A stretch of 64,000 nt of DNA from Candidatus Poribacteria bacterium. GTDB taxonomy: Bacteria > Poribacteria > WGA-4E > WGA-3G. Under the pieces are notes generated by a model. It did not search any database and was not told where the DNA came from. It worked only from the letters and a program-made list of their open reading frames with translations. The translations under genes were made by a program, and so were the position numbers. This document shows, piece by piece, positions 29,046 to 38,414 of this stretch (within the stretch, counting starts at the first letter, position 1; every line of letters begins with the position of its first letter). The stretch lies in NCBI GenBank assembly GCA_965197475.1, contig CBDANF010000003.1:3840001-3904000 (forward strand), written 5' to 3'.

Positions 29046-30031
29046 CGCTCATGTCAAGAGTAAGTGCTTTTGACGAGTTTTGCTATAAAATCAACACTGA
29101 CAGCTTTTAGATTCATGACGAACTCACAGATTGCGACGTAACCGGCGAGGAACTTTTTATGAACGCCACGAAAGGGACGAAGGAAGTTTCGCAGCGTCGT
29201 CCAGGCACCTTCAATCGTCCTTGTATGGATCTCGTAAAGACCATCACCGTCTGCGTCTCTTGCCCACTCGCCATCCTTATGGAGAACAATCTCACGGGCG
29301 CGCTGAATACGGTTATAGCCACGCCAACCATCCGTATACACCGTTGAAGTCGGCAACGTCCACTGATGAACGTGTGTTGAAAGCGTCGCAGAATCGGTGT
29401 GCCGCACAACACGTAATCTCAGGAGACCGCTTTCGCGACCTTTCGTCCCAACAATAGGCGGACGATCATTGTCATAAGTCCCATGTCCCCTGCGTTTATT
29501 GCCACGCCGACGCGGCGGATCCGAAGCATCAACGTGCTTATCGCCTTTTTCACCGGCGTTTTGAAACATCTCATCTGTTTCGACTTCAGCATCAGGTAAA
29601 GCAGCTTCGGGTTGTATCTGCTCTGCCGAAGTTTGGAGTTTACGTCTTATAGAAAGAACGGTTTGACGACTTAGACCCAGTTCACACCCGAGTTGTGCAC
29701 TTGAAACACCTTGACAGACACCGCGCAAAAGCAGAACGACCTGTGAGGGACGAAACTGCGTGCCAGCAAAGACCGTCCCGGTATAGAGGTTGTAGATGCT
29801 CTCACAGTGTTTGCAGCGATACACTTGTAGACCACTTGTTTCAGTCGGACGGAACTTGCGTGCCTCCGCCACGCTCGCTTGGCATTTTGGGCAACACAGC
29901 CCTTGAGGGTGGAAATGATCCAACACCCACGCTTGAGTTTTTTCTTCATCCAGGAGAGATTGTATTGGAAAGTCCATAGGTAACACGCTAACATAACTTT
30001 GAAAAAATAGCACTTACTTTTTACATGAGCC
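29046..30031 (-). mobile_element. IS1595-family insertion sequence, copy 1 (986 bp)
   Basis: TIRs CGCTCATGTCAAGAGTAAGTGCT and AGCACTTACTTTTTACATGAGCC; 7-bp direct repeat GAACCTC at 29039-29045 and 30032-30038. Confidence 0.95.
29054..29977 (-). CDS. IS1595-family (ISXO2-like) DDE transposase
   Basis: Zn ribbon CPKC..CKHC, HTH, ETDEMF, VYTDGW, TIEGAW..R.F.GV; probable start MDFPIQ. Confidence 0.93.
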   Translation of the reverse strand: MDFPIQSLLDEEKTQAWVLDHFHPQGLCCPKCQASVAEARKFRPTETSGLQVYRCKHCESIYNLYTGTVFAGTQFRPSQVVLLLRGVCQGVSSAQLGCELGLSRQTVLSIRRKLQTSAEQIQPEAALPDAEVETDEMFQNAGEKGDKHVDASDPPRRRGNKRRGHGTYDNDRPPIVGTKGRESGLLRLRVVRHTDSATLSTHVHQWTLPTSTVYTDGWRGYNRIQRAREIVLHKDGEWARDADGDGLYEIHTRTIEGAWTTLRNFLRPFRGVHKKFLAGYVAICEFVMNLKAVSVDFIAKLVKSTYS

Positions 30032-30040
30032 GAACCTCTT

Positions 30041-30340
30041 TAGTCCTGTAGGGACAGGATGTTTATAGAAACGTGTTGTTACGATATCTTTAGCTCCGTA
30101 GAAGCGGTATGTGAGTGCCAATTGTGTTTTCGGACAAGGATAACCTATTTATAGACATATCGCCCCGCTGGGGCTGTCCAAAGTATTTTTCAACGACTTC
30201 TGTCAGTCCGTAAAATCGCAGAAAAATATAAGTTTTACAAGATTAAACATTAGCCCCAGTGGGGCGACAGGTGTATCAAACTCTGTAGCGCAAACTTTTA
30301 GTTTGCGTCTAATAGGGCACAAACTAAAAGTTTGTGCTAT
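30041..30340. repeat. Array of REP-like palindromes
   Basis: AGTCCTGTAGGGAC, AGCTCCGTAGAAGCG, ATATCGCCCCGCTGGGGCT, AGCCCCAGTGGGGCGA; inverted pair GTAGCGCAAACTTTTAGTTTGCG (30285-30307) and CACAAACTAAAAGTTTGTGCTAT (30318-30340). Confidence 0.7.
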
Positions 30341-30415
30341 AACGCGCCAGCGATTCAGACAAGCGACAGTTCCTAAAATTGTCCAAACTTTAATATTTTA
30401 CACTGGAGGAAAAAG

Positions 30416-31222
30416 ATGAAATTTAGAATCCAAATTAAACACATAGCAGTTTGTTTAACTGTTATCATTTTCACGGTGTCAATTACCGGTATCAGCCATT
30501 CTGCCGTGATTGACGGGGACACTATTGAGTTCGCCTATCTCTTTGACGATGGAAACGAAAACGTTGCCAAAGACTTCTCTAATAATGGTCGAGATGGTGA
30601 AATCATTGGGGCAAAATACGTTGAGGGTGTCTTTGGGACCTGCCTGGAATTCGATGGGGATGATGATAACGTCATTGTCACAGGTTACAACGGCATCGGT
30701 GGCTCTGAACCACGAACGACTATTTTCTGGTTTAAAACTACAGTTGTAAGAGCTCATTCCTTGGTTAAATGGGGAGTGAATAGTTCGGGACAAAAATACT
30801 ACATCCGGGCGCACCCATCAGGCAATGAATGCTTTTTGCGGGTGGAAGTCAACGGTGGTAACGATATCGGTACAGACAACATCTGCGATGGCGAGTGGCA
30901 CCACATAGCTGTCGTTTTGCCAATAGGGTCGGATGCTGTGGAAGCTCACGACCTATATATAGACGGTGAACTTCAGGAAACAACGGGAGTCAAACACGCC
31001 ATGGGCACGAACATTGAGACGCAAGCGGTCAATATTGGTGCAAAGTTGACAGGTGGCACCCACGCCTTTATGCTCGGTTCATTTGATGAAGTCGCTATCT
31101 TCAATGTTGACTTGAGTTTGAGTCAGATTGATGCCATCCGACAGAACGGATTAGAAGGGGCCACCAGTGTAGACCCACAAGGTAAATTAGCCACAAGTTG
31201 GGGGATGATTAAGAAATATTAA
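30416..31222 (+). CDS. Secreted LamG/concanavalin A-like protein with C-terminal WGxIK motif
   Basis: Signal peptide; YLFDDG, GVFGTCLEFDG, DGEWHHIAV, GSFDEVAIFN; tail SVDPQGKLATSWGMIK. Confidence 0.9.
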   Translation: MKFRIQIKHIAVCLTVIIFTVSITGISHSAVIDGDTIEFAYLFDDGNENVAKDFSNNGRDGEIIGAKYVEGVFGTCLEFDGDDDNVIVTGYNGIGGSEPRTTIFWFKTTVVRAHSLVKWGVNSSGQKYYIRAHPSGNECFLRVEVNGGNDIGTDNICDGEWHHIAVVLPIGSDAVEAHDLYIDGELQETTGVKHAMGTNIETQAVNIGAKLTGGTHAFMLGSFDEVAIFNVDLSLSQIDAIRQNGLEGATSVDPQGKLATSWGMIKKY

Positions 31223-31376
31223 CCCATCTTCTGTAGAGTGACCTCTTGGAGATTAAAGTCTGTTGGTGTAATAACATTGGCAGAGAACGGCAGATATCAA
31301 ACACTTTAAGGTCTCGCTATGAGGGAGGGCGTGTAGAGAAAATATTCCCAACCTGAAAAATGCTTATGTTTACAAC

Positions 31377-31495
31377 CGTCCTGCGGGAAGACGTAAAACT
31401 CACGCACGTCTATGACGTGACTTTCATAGACAGATATGACGTGACTTTCATAGACAGACTCCTGCGTCCTGCGAGGAGACGTTAAAACCCTCACA
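31377..31495 (+). repeat. Two related pseudoknot-like motifs flanking a perfect 24-bp tandem duplication
   Basis: CGTCCTGCGGGAAGACGTAAAACTCACGCA (31377-31406), CGTCCTGCGAGGAGACGTTAAAACCCTCACA (31465-31495); TATGACGTGACTTTCATAGACAGA twice (31411-31458). Confidence 0.7.
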
Positions 31496-31626
31496 CTTAC
31501 CATAAATGGAGGTGGAAAAAAATGAGATTATTACTGTAAGCACAGTTGGAAACAGCGCATACCGAAGATGTCCGAGCTGGTAGGTCCGGTTTCTAACCGC
31601 ACCGAAACAAAAATAGGAGAAATAAA

Positions 31627-32181
31627 GTGAAAACAAGTTTTATGTTTCATGTTTCAGTTCTTTTGATGGCAGTGCTGATTTTCAGCACGTCGTTTACCAC
31701 GCTCGCGCAACAGGTTCCGCCGCAGACTCAAACAGAATCTGCGGCGGCACGAGATACAAACACTATGCGTCTTGAGATAAAAGCCGCTGCAGAACAGGAT
31801 GCGAGTAGCGATATCAATAGATTTTTGTGGTTCGGGACAGGTGTAGGTATTACTGTCCTTAGCTGTACAACCGGTATGATCGTTGGGTTGGCTACAGGTT
31901 CAGAAAGTGATTATTTCGGTTACGGGTGCATTGATCCTAATTTGTTTGGAGTGTTTGGATGTGCCGTAGTTAGTCTCTTCGTTCCATTCACTGCGATTTA
32001 TAACTCTCAACCCAATCTGTCCCTTGAACGTTTGATCGGAAAATCGCCTGAATATGTTAAGTTTTATACAGATGCCTATAGGACAAAAGTTAGATCCCTC
32101 CGGACAAAGTGGGCAGCAACGGGGACCGGGACTGGATGCGGGATAATGGGAGGCTATTTAATATTGTTAATTTCGCAATAG
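31627..32181 (+). CDS. Hypothetical membrane protein with signal peptide
   Basis: GTG start after AGGAG; signal peptide and about 3 Gly-rich hydrophobic helices. Confidence 0.75.
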   Translation: MKTSFMFHVSVLLMAVLIFSTSFTTLAQQVPPQTQTESAAARDTNTMRLEIKAAAEQDASSDINRFLWFGTGVGITVLSCTTGMIVGLATGSESDYFGYGCIDPNLFGVFGCAVVSLFVPFTAIYNSQPNLSLERLIGKSPEYVKFYTDAYRTKVRSLRTKWAATGTGTGCGIMGGYLILLISQ

Positions 32182-32255
32182 TGCAGGTCAAGTAGAGCAC
32201 ACGTAAAACTCGACACGTCTGAACCAGGATTCACAAGATTAGCGGATTACAAGGG

Positions 32256-32582
32256 TTGTTGCCTTCTCTTTGTAACGCAAACTGTATGAAGTGTAAAAAT
32301 AAAATTCCCGACCGTCGTATCCTGATTTATAATGATTTTGAGGATGCTCAGCTGCTCAACTTGCCAATACTTGTAGAAGCACACAAGTTAGAATCAAAAG
32401 TAGAGATTTTAGTCGAGGATGGAATTGATAAAAAACGGTTCGCTAGTCTTATGATGCGTGTCCGTAAAAGTGCACCGCATTTAAAATTCAAGGAGTTTGT
32501 GGAAATACCAACAGAAAAGATGAACGAGGTTGAACGCCAACAGGAAGCTTCCGGCAGCACCGTCATTGTATCCGAATTTTGA
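32256..32582 (+). CDS. Hypothetical protein (start uncertain, possibly 5'-truncated)
   Basis: 108-aa ORF with protein-like composition; no clear RBS. Confidence 0.5.
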   Translation: MLPSLCNANCMKCKNKIPDRRILIYNDFEDAQLLNLPILVEAHKLESKVEILVEDGIDKKRFASLMMRVRKSAPHLKFKEFVEIPTEKMNEVERQQEASGSTVIVSEF

Positions 32583-32645
32583 CACCGGTAAGAACGATTT
32601 CCAAATCGTGATGATATTCAAAATAAGCGTTCACTCCTACCGATT

Positions 32646-32993
32646 ATGAAAAAAAATAATATGAAAAAAACAGAAAATAAAGTAGTCTATTTTGTCGGTG
32701 CTTCGGGTCAGGCATATCCGTTTACGCTTTACCCTTTACACGCGGATTTACCTGATATTGGCGCAGTTTATATCTTCACACGGGTAGAAAATGGACTATA
32801 CATTTCATACGAACCTTTGTATATTGGCGAAACAGGTAGGCTTACGAGTTGCTTACAGAATTACGAGAAGTGGGTATGTGTAAGTAGAAGATTCGTTAAT
32901 TCTATCTGTGTCTATTTTGAGAACGATGCGGCTTCTCGGCTTCGGATGGCACGCGATCTTATCGATCAACAAGATCCGCCATGCAATCGGTAA
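32646..32993 (+). CDS. Small stand-alone GIY-YIG-like protein
   Basis: GAVYIF...PLYIGETGRL and C-terminal DLI....PPCN. Confidence 0.65.
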   Translation: MKKNNMKKTENKVVYFVGASGQAYPFTLYPLHADLPDIGAVYIFTRVENGLYISYEPLYIGETGRLTSCLQNYEKWVCVSRRFVNSICVYFENDAASRLRMARDLIDQQDPPCNR

Positions 32994-33117
32994 ACACAGT
33001 GGGGTACAAAATTACTAATGAAAGCAATTCTTAAAATAATCGTAAAATGCTGCCATACACCAAGCATGGTGCAAAATTCCGTGGATGAACTTCTTCCAAT
33101 TGTGCTAAACTCCCGTT

Positions 33118-36100
33118 CTATTCAGATATAGATAGCCGTCTGACCACAACAAGTGTTAAATCATCGTACTGTTCAGCTTCCTTAACGAAACTTTTAACAT
33201 CATCAACGATACGTTGAATCACCTCTTCAGCACTGCATTCATTAGGTATTTGGGCAGCCAACTCTTTGAATCGTTCGGTTCCATACATATCGTGATCAGC
33301 GTTAAGAGCTTCTATCAAACCATCCGAATGGAAGATAAGAAAATCCCCCTCATCTAAATCTAAAGTGATAGATTCATATTGTACGCTTTTCATACTTCCC
33401 AAGGGGAGGTCACTATTTTCAATTTCAATAATTTCAGATCCTCTTTTGAGAATTGGGTAAGGTTGCCCGCCGTTAGCGTAGTCAACTTGTTTTTCAGATT
33501 CGTTAAGGACTGCCAAGTTGAGCGCAATAAAACTGGGGCCGTACATTCGGGGAGCCAATCCTGCATTGAGGTCACTCAGGATAACATCAGCTTCTGACTT
33601 AAATCGGGCAACTTCATGTAACATGCCATTTGTAAGCACAGCATTCATTGCACCGCGTATACCTTTTCCTGCTGCATCTGCGACAGCAATGGCAGTTTGC
33701 CCGTTCGCCACAGTTAAGTAATCGAAAAAATCGCCTCCTACCTGCGTGGCAGGAATTGACATTCCTGCAATATCAAAATCTGGCGTATGTGGTGCTTGAT
33801 CAGGCAAGAGCCCCATTTGTATATTTTGTGCTTCGTTCAACTCAGCACGGATTCGCAGCATATCGGCTTCTTCTTTTTCTCGCATTTCAAGGCGTAACTG
33901 TGCTGTCTGTTTTCGGTTTATAATCAATCTAAAAAGCAGGGACCCCGCAGCTGCGAGTAAAATTAGAGAGGGTAGGAAATTACGCCATCGAGTCCAAATA
34001 GGTTCATCAATCGTAAAATTCAAAACCGCTGGTTGTTGTGTATAAGGCCACCCTTCACGAAATGCTTTTATCAAAAAGGTATAATTCCCTGATTTTAGAC
34101 CTTCATAGCGAATTTGCGGTAAACTTTTGGATGTTCCAACTTCTTCCGGAGTATAAGCATATGATGATGAAACACCCTTGAATGGGTTGATATTAAGTCG
34201 CTTGATACCAGACGGAATTGTTTGCCATGTCCAATTGTAAAAACCGAGTAATCTATATCTGTATTCCACATCATCTCTAAGTGGATTGATCCCCTGATAA
34301 CTGATAGTAATGCCTTTGATCCGGGCAGGTAGTAGTTCCTTTATCTCCGTAAATGTACGTTTGACGGATTCTGCCATAAAAGGTTCTGTGAAAGATTTTC
34401 CCGCGTCAACAGAGATGATTCGGCAAAATGGAAGTGCTCCAAAACCTGCTCGATACTGTGTAGCACCACCTTCCGTCCCAAACCATAGTTCTTCCTCGTT
34501 AGACGCATGAATGCTTGAAACATTGTTATGAATTAAGCCGTCCTTGGTCGTAACAGATTGAAAAAAGTTGCCATCGTATCGGACGACACCACCACCCCAC
34601 GTAGCAAACCATAAGTTGCCCCAATGATCTTCATGCACATCACGTAAATCATCAACAAGGAAGCCATCTGCTGTTGAATAAGCGGTGACTTCCGCACCAT
34701 CATACCGAATTGCCCCCTGAGAAGTGGCTAACCAGAGATCGCCATCAGTGGAAGTAAGTGCGCCTCTGACCTTGTCAAGTTCAACAGATACAGCGTTTTT
34801 CAACTCGGTACCGTGGTATGTCTTGATACCATCCTCAAAAACAAAAGTAATCAGTTCTAATTCATTATTTCCGAGTTCTGTAGAATTATTTGGCTGCAGT
34901 TCTGTTGAAACGGTAGAAGTTTGCACAGTTAAGAGTGGTGGCCCACTTGCTGAGCCTGGAAGCTCAGTTAGCGTATTTCCAATGTCAGGATTCTCCCAAT
35001 ACATTAACTGCCCACTGACAGTGTTGTAGAACCATTTTACAACTTTTCCTTCAGCAATACCTAAGACCGGAACCACCGATTTTAGTGGAAGTACTTCAGC
35101 ACGAATTCTACCGCTTGTACGAATATTCGAAAATCGTTTCACTTCTCCTGTTTCAAAATAACACCACAGTCGGTTTTGACTGTCGATATGTAGTGCTGTA
35201 ATATCTGCGTTCGCAGGCGGTAAAGATTCGATCGTTTTAAAAGCGATAACTTTCACGGCAACGTCTGATGAGAAACGATGTAACCCGTTGCTCCTTGGCA
35301 GGAAAAGCCAACCACCTAAAGCGATCCAAGGATTAGTACTTGAAGACACAATTGGTTCTGAATCGTTGTAGATGGTCTCTCCACCGGGACCAATTTCAGC
35401 CTGAATATTAAGAGAAAGGTTCTCAAATTCTCCATTCCTATAGCGGAAAATTCTGAAAATGGTAAAACCCTCTTGGTGCTGAATAGGCTTATCCAAAAAC
35501 CAAATATCACCATCAGTCTCAAAAATTTTGATTATCTCAGTGCGTTTATTTACTCCCTGGATTTTAAGGTTGACCTCAAATTTGAAACTATCGGTTTGCA
35601 CAGCAATGTTTGGAATGTCTGCTAATGGATATTGATAGAGTTTATCCTCTTTTGCAACGTATCGGGCAACACCACCAGGAATGCTAAGCCAGAGCGCGCC
35701 AGTGCTATCCAAATACATCATCCGAACACTATTGCTTCCTAAAATTGCACGGGTTGTATGACTAACGATTGCTGGTTGCGGTTCAAAAACCGTCACACCG
35801 TTGTCGTGACCAAACCAGATTTTACCGTCCATCGATTCAAAGATAGTCTGAATATTATCACTACCGAGTCCATCGTCAACCCGGTAAACTTTGTATGCCA
35901 ATTCTGATGAAGCCGTCAACAGGGATTCCAAGTGAAAAATACCTGCAGCTTCTCCTTCAAAATATTTGTCTTCGTATAGATGCGCACCAGTTTCACTGGC
36001 AAACCAGAGTTTGTTCCATGCATCTTCAATTTCAAAGGAACCATGCAGATAAAAATCTTGGTTTGCTTCCAGTGTTAAATTTCTCAATCGGTGAATATTA

Positions 36101-37077
36101 TTACCTTCCCAGCAACTCAATTGTCTATTATCGCTAAACCATATCCTTCCTCGTGTATCGCTTTTAACAGATACATTTCCTTTTTCCAAAAAGCTGATAG
36201 CCTGAAGTGTACCACTTTGTCTGCTGGGCCCTGCGGTAGTAGTGTCCAATACTTGTTCAAATTGCGTGCCATCATAGCGAAGAAGTAGCGATTGTCCACC
36301 GAACCAGAGGTTATCGTCAGAATCTTGCGCGATCGCATGAATAGCGCGGTCTTTGGGAAGATTTGGTAGGTTGTCCACACGTTGTAGGTTTGCACTTTGC
36401 CAAACGTTTACGTCACCATCAAAACGTATAATAAGTACACCTTGTGCATCGTTTCCGCCTATCCATATTGTGCCGTCTCGACTTTGGAAAATGACGTTTA
36501 TCTTCGCAACGGATGCCCCACCGATGTTAAGTTGGAATGGTTGGGGGGCATCTTGGCTATTTAGAGCAGTATATCGGATTATAAAATTATTGCCTCCGAC
36601 CCATACATTTCCTTCATTATCAACTGTAAGACAGTTACCATCATTAAAGTATTCAAAAGCATCCCCGTTATATCGACTGACAACGCCTACGCCTTCAGAT
36701 GGGTGTTTACTTAAAAACCAGATATGCCCCCACCTATCTTCAACGATGTCTATTGTTCGACCACGAAAAGCTTTTGAATCGCCAGAGTAGGGATCAAAGG
36801 TATTTCCATCAAAACGGCTTACACCACCCCTATCAGAACCGAACCACAGCACTCCTCGGCTATCCTGAAAGATAACGGGTACTATCGGGCCTACAAGACC
36901 GTCTGCCACAGTATAGGTTTTCATCTGTTCATACGCTATAACGTGTTCAACCAATCCAAGGCAGAAACTCAAGATTAAGATGAAAACTATTTTTTTCAAA
37001 CCATTCACAACAAACCACCTTTTATAGTTAGGGTCATTTAGTTCTCCTATTGTTTTGATCTTTAGCATAAAGCACAT
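33118..37077 (-). CDS. Membrane sensor: two-component-regulator beta-propellers, Y_Y_Y domain, TM helix and PP2C/SpoIIE phosphatase (true start probably a little downstream)
   Basis: Repeated DGL..N.V..I.ED..G.LWFGT.GG; GNYTFLIKA; TM helix; VGGDFFD, VADAAGKG, HSDGLIEA, QYDDLT. Confidence 0.9.
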   Translation of the reverse strand: MCFMLKIKTIGELNDPNYKRWFVVNGLKKIVFILILSFCLGLVEHVIAYEQMKTYTVADGLVGPIVPVIFQDSRGVLWFGSDRGGVSRFDGNTFDPYSGDSKAFRGRTIDIVEDRWGHIWFLSKHPSEGVGVVSRYNGDAFEYFNDGNCLTVDNEGNVWVGGNNFIIRYTALNSQDAPQPFQLNIGGASVAKINVIFQSRDGTIWIGGNDAQGVLIIRFDGDVNVWQSANLQRVDNLPNLPKDRAIHAIAQDSDDNLWFGGQSLLLRYDGTQFEQVLDTTTAGPSRQSGTLQAISFLEKGNVSVKSDTRGRIWFSDNRQLSCWEGNNIHRLRNLTLEANQDFYLHGSFEIEDAWNKLWFASETGAHLYEDKYFEGEAAGIFHLESLLTASSELAYKVYRVDDGLGSDNIQTIFESMDGKIWFGHDNGVTVFEPQPAIVSHTTRAILGSNSVRMMYLDSTGALWLSIPGGVARYVAKEDKLYQYPLADIPNIAVQTDSFKFEVNLKIQGVNKRTEIIKIFETDGDIWFLDKPIQHQEGFTIFRIFRYRNGEFENLSLNIQAEIGPGGETIYNDSEPIVSSSTNPWIALGGWLFLPRSNGLHRFSSDVAVKVIAFKTIESLPPANADITALHIDSQNRLWCYFETGEVKRFSNIRTSGRIRAEVLPLKSVVPVLGIAEGKVVKWFYNTVSGQLMYWENPDIGNTLTELPGSASGPPLLTVQTSTVSTELQPNNSTELGNNELELITFVFEDGIKTYHGTELKNAVSVELDKVRGALTSTDGDLWLATSQGAIRYDGAEVTAYSTADGFLVDDLRDVHEDHWGNLWFATWGGGVVRYDGNFFQSVTTKDGLIHNNVSSIHASNEEELWFGTEGGATQYRAGFGALPFCRIISVDAGKSFTEPFMAESVKRTFTEIKELLPARIKGITISYQGINPLRDDVEYRYRLLGFYNWTWQTIPSGIKRLNINPFKGVSSSYAYTPEEVGTSKSLPQIRYEGLKSGNYTFLIKAFREGWPYTQQPAVLNFTIDEPIWTRWRNFLPSLILLAAAGSLLFRLIINRKQTAQLRLEMREKEEADMLRIRAELNEAQNIQMGLLPDQAPHTPDFDIAGMSIPATQVGGDFFDYLTVANGQTAIAVADAAGKGIRGAMNAVLTNGMLHEVARFKSEADVILSDLNAGLAPRMYGPSFIALNLAVLNESEKQVDYANGGQPYPILKRGSEIIEIENSDLPLGSMKSVQYESITLDLDEGDFLIFHSDGLIEALNADHDMYGTERFKELAAQIPNECSAEEVIQRIVDDVKSFVKEAEQYDDLTLVVVRRLSISE

Positions 37078-37173
37078 TGCTGCAGCTATTGGAAGGCACG
37101 CTTTCTAAGCGCACCGATCAAAGGTATATCACTAATTGTATAACCTACTATGATAGATATGCAATATAAAAAC

Positions 37174-38358
37174 TTATAATGTCTTTGCAGAAAAATCTCG
37201 AATTCGAGAAATAGCTTCGTCAATCACCTGATTAGGATAAGTAAGAGAAATCCTGAAATAGCCTTCGCTCCATTGTCCATATCCGAGTCCGGGCGTTACG
37301 ACAACACCTGCTTCTTCAAGAAGTGCTGTGGCAAATGCGCGACTTGAGCCATTAAAACGTTCTGGTACTGGTGCCCAGACGTACATCGTGGCTTTAGGCT
37401 TTTCAAGGAGCCACCCACTATGTGTCAGTGCATCAACCACCATATCTCTGCGTTTTTGATAAATTACGTTCAGTTTAGGTATGATTTCATCAGCAATTGA
37501 AAGTGCTTTCGCACCAGAAAATTGTAAAGCACGTAGCGATCCATTGTCAATATTATCTTTAACCTTTTTCACTGCGTCAACGACTGACGGATTGCCGACT
37601 ACAAATCCTAATCGCCAGCCTGTCATATTGAACGCTTTGCTCAAGGAAAAGAACTCAACAGCAACCTCCTCAGCTCCATCTACCTGCAGAATACTCGGCG
37701 ACCGATAACCGTCGTAAGTATTTTCACTATAAGCGTTGTCGTGTGCGATGAGGATGTTGTTTTGCCGACCAAATTCAACAGTCCGTTCAAAAAAGTCCAG
37801 ATCGGCAATTGCTGTCGTTGGGTTGTTCGGATAGTTAATCCATAGGACTTTAGCGAGACGTTTCACTTCATCTGGAATCGCATCTAAGTCAACATAGAAA
37901 TCGTTTGCCCGTAAGAGCGGTGCATAATATGTCGTTGCACTCGCAAACACATGTCCAATATTATATGTAGGATAACCCGGGCTTGCAGCGATACCGATAT
38001 CACCAGGATTCAGTATGCCCAACGCCATTTTGACAATTGCATCCTTACTGCCGAGCGTAGTGACAATCTGATTTTCAGACAAAGAAACCCCATAGCGGTG
38101 TTGATAAAAATCGCGTACTGCCTCAGGAAATTCGGCAACAGGATTGTCGCACCCATAACGGTGTCTATCAGGATCGTCTGTATTTTGAATTCTGCTACAC
38201 AAGGTATCCACGACCAAATCAGGTGTTGGAAAATCAGGGTCCCCAATGCCAAGGCTTATGACATCAACACCTCGCTCTTTGGCAGCCGCCATTTTTTGGC
38301 GCAAATCCACAAAAAGATACGGTGGAAGTTTCTGTAACCGTTCTGCGAGTGTAATCAA
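37174..38358 (-). CDS. Class I/II PLP aminotransferase, LL-diaminopimelate aminotransferase-like
   Basis: RLQKLPPYLF, LGIGDPD, NYPNNPT, DNAY, SLSKAFNMTGWRLG; TTG start at 38358 after AGGAG; same run of genes as dapB. Confidence 0.85.
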   Translation of the reverse strand: MITLAERLQKLPPYLFVDLRQKMAAAKERGVDVISLGIGDPDFPTPDLVVDTLCSRIQNTDDPDRHRYGCDNPVAEFPEAVRDFYQHRYGVSLSENQIVTTLGSKDAIVKMALGILNPGDIGIAASPGYPTYNIGHVFASATTYYAPLLRANDFYVDLDAIPDEVKRLAKVLWINYPNNPTTAIADLDFFERTVEFGRQNNILIAHDNAYSENTYDGYRSPSILQVDGAEEVAVEFFSLSKAFNMTGWRLGFVVGNPSVVDAVKKVKDNIDNGSLRALQFSGAKALSIADEIIPKLNVIYQKRRDMVVDALTHSGWLLEKPKATMYVWAPVPERFNGSSRAFATALLEEAGVVVTPGLGYGQWSEGYFRISLTYPNQVIDEAISRIRDFSAKTL

Positions 38359-38414
38359 GATTGTATTTTCTCCTATGTATAATATTGCCCTGCGGTGGGC
38401 GGGTTTCACCAAAT

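Larger units (their letters stand above)
28943..30392. mobile_element. MITE-like element with 18-bp TIRs that hosts REP arrays and IS1595 copy 1
   Basis: TAAAGTTTGGACGATTTT (28943-28960) and AAAATTGTCCAAACTTTA (30375-30392), 1 mismatch. Confidence 0.65.

Noticed and set aside
31411-31458. 24-bp direct repeat as a CRISPR array
   Set aside because: Only two adjacent copies, no spacer and no cas genes
31377-31495. Type III toxin-antitoxin RNA array or pistol ribozyme
   Set aside because: No ToxN/AbiQ-like gene or terminator follows, and the extra stems needed for a pistol ribozyme are not visible
32214-32256. Short GGATT-containing imperfect tandem repeat
   Set aside because: Single degenerate occurrence in the window; cannot be supported as a defined element
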